Shown here piece after piece: positions 59,476-64,000 of a stretch of DNA of 64,000 nt. A program made the position numbers and the translations under genes. The notes beneath the pieces were generated by a model. It searched no databases, was not told the DNA's origin, and saw only the letters and a program-made list of their open reading frames with translations. Positions within the stretch are counted from its first letter, which is position 1. Each line of letters begins with the position of its first letter. The stretch lies in assembly GCA_963743305.1 (NCBI GenBank), contig CAVUPH010000042.1:32001-96000 (forward strand), in the 5' to 3' direction. Origin of the DNA: an uncultured delta proteobacterium. Lineage in GTDB: Bacteria > Desulfobacterota > RBG-13-43-22.

Positions 59476-60918
59476 TTAGCCGGCGCTCACGTTTCGGGAA
59501 AGATCGATAATCTCGAGTCGGTTGTTGGCCTCGGGGTATTTGGAGGAGGGACCTTCGGTCAGCAAGGCCAATCGGCCTTCGATCCCCTGGGACTTAAGCC
59601 AGGAAGATACATAATGGTTCCAGTTTTCCGGGTGCTTGGCTTCCAGCAGCGGGTAGACCCCGGAAGAAAACTGCAACTGCTGACAGGTGGTTTCCTGGGA
59701 GGAAACGGCAATGATCCAGACCGGCGGGCGAAAGCGGGCGATACTTCTGGCCGTGTCTCCGCTGTGGGTGGGGACAAAGACGGCCGCCGGGTCCGCATAC
59801 TGGAGAACGGCCTCTACCCCCAGTTCGATCAGTTTGGCCGGAGGCATCCGGCCCGGAAGGTCGGCGCCCCGGAAGATTTTTTTTACCTTGAGAGGCACTC
59901 GGTAGGGCTCGATAGCCGCGGTGATCTTCGCCAGCATGGCCACCGCCTCCACCGGGAAACCGCCCAGGGCCGACTCACCGGAAAGCATGACGCCGTCCGT
60001 TCCGTCCAGAACGGCGTTGGCCACGTCGGTCGCCTCGGCCCGGGTGGGGCGGGGGTTGGTGGTCATGGACTCCAGCATCTGGGTGGCCGTGATCACCGGC
60101 CTGGCCTCCAGAAGGGCCTGGCGCATGACCTCTTTCTGGACCACGGCGATCTGCTCGATGGGCAGTTCCACGCCGAGGTCTCCCCGGGCGATCATCAGAC
60201 CGTCGGCCGTGGCGATGATCCCCTCCAGATGCTGGAGGGCCCTCGCCCGCTCGATCTTGGCGATGATAAAAGGGCGGTAGCCGAGGGCCTCCGCCGACCG
60301 GCGCACCGCCTCGATATCCGCCGCCCTTTCCACGAAGGACTGGCTCACCGCATCGACCCCGTTTTCCAAAGCGAATTTCAGGCAGGCCTGATCGTGCGGC
60401 GTAAAGGCGCTGATGCCCAGATCGATGCCCGGAAGGTTGAGCCCCTTGTGGGAACGCAGCTCTCCGCCCACGATGACCCGGCAGCGGACGTCGTTGCCCT
60501 GAATCCGATCCACCTCGAGTTGAATCAAACCATCGTTCAAATACAGGGTGTTACCCGGTTTCACCGCCTGAGGCAGGCGCGAAAAAGTGACCGAAACCCG
60601 GTGGAGGTCTCCGATCACTTCATCCGTGGTCAGGGTGAAGAAGGCCCCCGGCTCCAGGTTTATCGGTTCCCGATCGAAAACCCCGATGCGCATCTTGGGC
60701 CCGGGAAGGTCGGCCAGGATAGCCAGACGGGTTCCGACGGTCAGGGCCGCGGCCCGGAGGTTCTCAATCACCTCCCGGTGTTCGGAAAAATCGCCGTGGG
60801 AGAAATTGATCCGGGCGATGTTCATGCCGGCCCGTAACATCTTTTCCAGCACTTCCCGGGAGCGGGAAGCCGGGCCGATGGTACAGACGATCTTGGTTTT
60901 GTTCGGGGGCAAGGCCAT
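59476..60918 (-). CDS. pyk: Pyruvate kinase
   Basis: KTKIVCTIGPAS, RINFSHG, IIAKIE, MIARGDLGVE, TATQMLESM, MLSGESA. Confidence 0.97.
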   Translation of the reverse strand: MALPPNKTKIVCTIGPASRSREVLEKMLRAGMNIARINFSHGDFSEHREVIENLRAAALTVGTRLAILADLPGPKMRIGVFDREPINLEPGAFFTLTTDEVIGDLHRVSVTFSRLPQAVKPGNTLYLNDGLIQLEVDRIQGNDVRCRVIVGGELRSHKGLNLPGIDLGISAFTPHDQACLKFALENGVDAVSQSFVERAADIEAVRRSAEALGYRPFIIAKIERARALQHLEGIIATADGLMIARGDLGVELPIEQIAVVQKEVMRQALLEARPVITATQMLESMTTNPRPTRAEATDVANAVLDGTDGVMLSGESALGGFPVEAVAMLAKITAAIEPYRVPLKVKKIFRGADLPGRMPPAKLIELGVEAVLQYADPAAVFVPTHSGDTARSIARFRPPVWIIAVSSQETTCQQLQFSSGVYPLLEAKHPENWNHYVSSWLKSQGIEGRLALLTEGPSSKYPEANNRLEIIDLSRNVSAG

Positions 60919-60930
60919 CGCGGGGCTCCC

Positions 60931-61617
60931 TTAGACGCTTTCCATCTTCGGCGGCTGATCTTTCCGGTGCCATTCCAGGGGGTTGATAAAAGTAAACCCC
61001 TGGGCCTCCAGTTTTTTCTTGAGCTGGAGCACGTTGTGGGTGAAGAGATAGGGGAAAAAGGCCCGTTTCCCTTCCTCCCAGTGCCGGGAGACCAGGACGC
61101 TTCCGAAGCGTATCTTTTCTTCGGTGATGGCATCGACAATCCGTTTCATCTGCCCCTGTTGATCGTCCGCCAAGATGCCCAGGAGCATCCCCGGTTCGTC
61201 GATGCCCAGGACCTCGGTAAAGGCCCGCAGCAGGTCCCGGAGGGAGATAATGCCGGCGACTTTCCCATCCCGATCCACTACCGGCAAAGCCCCTACGTGA
61301 ATTTTCCGCATCAGCAGCAAGGCATCCTGCAGGGTATTGGCCGGGGAGACGGTCACCGGATCGGCGGTCATGATATCCTTGATTTTCAGTTCGTCGCTGC
61401 GCTCTTTCTGGCGAAGGGTTTCCTCTACCGAAAAAAGATCCGAGGGCCAGGCGCTGCGCACATCGCGGTCGGTGACGATTCCGATCAGGGTGCGATCGGC
61501 CGAGACCACCGGCAGGGAATGAACCCGGTAGCGACGCATCATCTCTTTGGCCTCCCCTATCCCGGCCTCCGGATCAATGGTGATCACTTTCCTGATCATG
61601 GCTTGGTCGATAAACAT
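60931..61617 (-). CDS. AcuB-like CBS-pair plus ACT-like protein
   Basis: Two CBS domains (LPVV..IGIVTDRD, LPVVD..AGIIS) and a C-terminal ACT-like segment. Confidence 0.85.
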   Translation of the reverse strand: MFIDQAMIRKVITIDPEAGIGEAKEMMRRYRVHSLPVVSADRTLIGIVTDRDVRSAWPSDLFSVEETLRQKERSDELKIKDIMTADPVTVSPANTLQDALLLMRKIHVGALPVVDRDGKVAGIISLRDLLRAFTEVLGIDEPGMLLGILADDQQGQMKRIVDAITEEKIRFGSVLVSRHWEEGKRAFFPYLFTHNVLQLKKKLEAQGFTFINPLEWHRKDQPPKMESV

Positions 61618-62597
61618 CAGCTATTTCCTTCCTCACAGGGGTCGCTGTGATTGCCTAACAGTATTTTCATATGGTTTCGGATCAATTCGGGGAGCCGGTT
61701 CAAGGAGTACCCCCCTTCCAGGATCGAGATCACCCTCCCCCGGGCGTACTGATCCGCCAGCCGCTTGATGCGCTCCATGATCCAGGAAAAGCCGGCGGTG
61801 GAAAGATTGATATTGGACATGTCGTCGTCCGCATGGGCGTCGAATCCGGAGGAGAGTAAGATCACCTCGGGTTGGAAACGCTCGAAGGCCGGGATCAAGT
61901 CTCTTTCGATGGCGGTCCGGTATTCCTCGTCCCCGTGCCCGGGCAGCACCGGTGAATTAAGGGTGTAACCATACCCGGCCTCTATCCCCTTCTCGAATTC
62001 CCGGCCGGTGCCGGGGTAGGAAAAGGTCGGGTGCTCATGAATCGAATAATAAAAGACCGTGGGGTCCCGTTCGAAAATATGCTGGGTCCCGTTGCCGTGG
62101 TGGACGTCGAAGTCAACGATTCCGATGCGCCGGATGCCCCATTCCAACTGCAGGTAGCGGGCGGCAATGGCCACGTTGTTGAAAAAACAAAAACCCAGGG
62201 CCCGGTCCACCTCGGCGTGATGTCCGGGAGGCCGGACGGCGCAGAAGGCATTGTCCAGCTTTCGCTCCATGACCTGCCGGGTGACTTCCAGGATTCCCCC
62301 CACGGCCAGCAGGGCGGTTTCAAAGGTCTCCTCGCAGATTTGGTTATCGGGGTGATCCAGCTCGCTCTTACCCATGAGGCAGGCCTCTTCAAAACGCCGG
62401 ATATGTCCGACGCTGTGAACGGCTGCGATCCAGCGCTCTTCCACCGGGCAAGCCGGGATGATCGTCAGTTGGTCGAGGAGGGCATCCTGTTGCAGTCCTC
62501 GGTGAATGGCCGTCAGTCGCTCCGGGACCTCCGGGTGATAAGGCCCGGTCTGGTGGCGGAGAAAACGTTCATCAAAAAGAAGACCCGTCTTGTTCAT
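61617..62597 (-). CDS. Zn-dependent histone-deacetylase family protein (AcuC-like)
   Basis: HPEVPERL, RPPGHHA, GFCFFNN, DFDVHHGNGTQ, GFDAH, LEGGY. Confidence 0.95.
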   Translation of the reverse strand: MNKTGLLFDERFLRHQTGPYHPEVPERLTAIHRGLQQDALLDQLTIIPACPVEERWIAAVHSVGHIRRFEEACLMGKSELDHPDNQICEETFETALLAVGGILEVTRQVMERKLDNAFCAVRPPGHHAEVDRALGFCFFNNVAIAARYLQLEWGIRRIGIVDFDVHHGNGTQHIFERDPTVFYYSIHEHPTFSYPGTGREFEKGIEAGYGYTLNSPVLPGHGDEEYRTAIERDLIPAFERFQPEVILLSSGFDAHADDDMSNINLSTAGFSWIMERIKRLADQYARGRVISILEGGYSLNRLPELIRNHMKILLGNHSDPCEEGNS

Positions 62598-62916
62598 AAT
62601 CCGGAATTATTATTTTCCGTTGTCTTTTTGTCAACAGCTTTATGCTTCGACCTTGATCTGAGCCGACGTCATTAATAAATTGACTAACCCGGAGGACTTC
62701 GCTAAAGATCAATAACTATAATAATCAAGGATTTTTGGATGAACTTCGAAAGGGGTCTCAAAAATTCTACCTGGATCGAATTCACCCCTGGCCTCCGCCC
62801 CACTTGTGCTTGGGAGTTTTGACCCTCAATAGTCCAAGAGCACCATGAAACCGTGGAAATTTGCTTTCCTCAGAAAAACGGCCCTGCCGATTCGGCTTCA
62901 AAAAGATAGACCGGCG

Positions 62917-64000
62917 ATGAAAAACTCAAAGGAGGAGTCCCCGTTCCCTCAAGGGTCATCCCGGGAAAAGGTTTCTCGAGAATTCATCGTCTTGACGGTA
63001 CTCCTGCTCTATGCGCTGGTCGTCACCTATCCGCTGATTGTTCATTTATTGGATCGCCTTCCGGGGTGGCCCGGAGACAATCTGTATTTTCAATGGGAAC
63101 TGTGGTGGTTTAAGCGGGCGATTCTCGACCTTAAGATCAACCCTCTCCATAGCCCGGACCTCTATTATCCCGCGGGGCTGGATCTTTCCCGGGATGAAGT
63201 GACGCCGTCCAATACCCTCCTGGGGCTTCCCCTGACGGCCCTCTGGGGCCCGACCGCGGCCTATAATCTCCTGGTCCTGGCTTCATTTGTGCTCACCGGA
63301 TACGGTATCTACCGAATCGTTTTCGAGGGAACCGGAAATCGCTGGGCCGGATTGCTGGCCGGAGTCGCCGCTTCCATCGCCCCTTACCGGATGACCCATT
63401 TGGCCGGGCATCTGAATTTGATGGCTACCCAATGGATCGTGCTGACCCTGCTGTTTTTGGGGCGGTGGTTCAAAGACCAACGCCCCGGCACCATGGTCCT
63501 GGCCGGTCTGTTTTTCGCCCTCAACGGCCTGGCCGCCTGGTATTACTTTTATATCGGGACCGTAACCGTCGGCTTCTACCTGCTGCTGAGGTCCTGGCCT
63601 TTTGGAGCCTTCTGGAGGCAGCGTCGGGCCTGGTCGGGCTTGCTGATTTTTGGGCTGGTTTCTCTGTTGCTGGTTTTGCCCTTTGCCCTGCCTATCTTCA
63701 GATTGAGAGATCAGGGCCTGCTGGAACGGTCGATTTCCGATCTGGAGGCCTATGGGGCCAGTCCCGCGAATTTTCTGCTCCCCAACCCCTGGCATCCGCT
63801 CTGGGGAAATTTAGTCTGGAAGGTTTTTCCTGCTCAGTGGGGGGCGGTGGTGGAGCAAAACCTGACCCTGGGCCTGTCGGTTATGCTCTTGGCCGCTCTG
63901 GGAACAGTGGCTTATTTTCGGAATCGGGAAGTCCGGTTATGGCTTTGGCTGGCGGTGATCAGCGCGATTTTAGCCATGGGCCCGACGCTCAAGTGGAACA
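62917..64000 (+). CDS. Polytopic membrane protein, GT-C/YfhO-like; runs off the window end (alternative in-frame start at 62845)
   Basis: Open frame by hand translation: TYPLIVHL..PGDNLYFQWELWW..NPL..LYYPAG..AYNLLVL..APYRMTH..GHLNL; many TM segments. Confidence 0.75.
   Translation, partial: MKNSKEESPFPQGSSREKVSREFIVLTVLLLYALVVTYPLIVHLLDRLPGWPGDNLYFQWELWWFKRAILDLKINPLHSPDLYYPAGLDLSRDEVTPSNTLLGLPLTALWGPTAAYNLLVLASFVLTGYGIYRIVFEGTGNRWAGLLAGVAASIAPYRMTHLAGHLNLMATQWIVLTLLFLGRWFKDQRPGTMVLAGLFFALNGLAAWYYFYIGTVTVGFYLLLRSWPFGAFWRQRRAWSGLLIFGLVSLLLVLPFALPIFRLRDQGLLERSISDLEAYGASPANFLLPNPWHPLWGNLVWKVFPAQWGAVVEQNLTLGLSVMLLAALGTVAYFRNREVRLWLWLAVISAILAMGPTLKWN

Noticed and set aside
36911-60837. Long antisense ORFs such as 36911..37888, 50789..51802, 50853..51785 and 59614..60837
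   Set aside because: They are shadows of well-supported genes on the opposite strand in GC-rich DNA, with no motifs of their own
62753-62825. Hairpin upstream of the last membrane-protein gene as a regulatory RNA
   Set aside because: Only a short imperfect stem, with no terminator or recognisable motif

Overview
A 64 kb bacterial chromosome segment. Gene content and sequence style suggest Desulfobacterota/Deltaproteobacteria (inference). Many single-base frameshifts, several in homopolymers, look like long-read assembly errors. The core backbone is mutL(3')-miaA-pgsA-like-tRNA-Val, PBP1A, amidase-mutS-lapA-HIT-phosphoesterase-spmBA, a PEP-synthase-like phosphotransferase, glgD-like/glgC, TolC, an M16 peptidase pair, CBS-phoU, gltX-tRNA-Gln-tRNA-Glu, pyk, AcuB/AcuC-like genes and a partial GT-C-like membrane protein. 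Five accessory regions stand out. (1) A 6.8 kb AT-rich integrative element sits in tRNA-Val(GAC), with a 45 bp att duplication, arm-type repeats, integrase, HTH, a cryptic excisionase, a cryptic Rep_trans-like initiator and collagen/membrane cargo. (2) A cluster of low-complexity secreted proteins and lipoproteins includes a Spy/CpxP-like protein. (3) Island remnants and a diguanylate cyclase follow tRNA-Glu. (4) An operon of apparently catalytically dead enzymes pairs a phosphoglycosyltransferase-like protein with a histidine-kinase-like protein. (5) A CheB-CheR / PAS-GAF HisKA_3 kinase / NarL-regulator locus is followed by hsp20, a PRTase stub, a ferredoxin and small ORFs. Its two convergent units share a 36 bp upstream motif, and the gene set resembles the mycobacterial DosR dormancy regulon. 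Two copies of a 153-154 bp MITE each carry a 6 bp TSD. No CRISPR array or rRNA was found.
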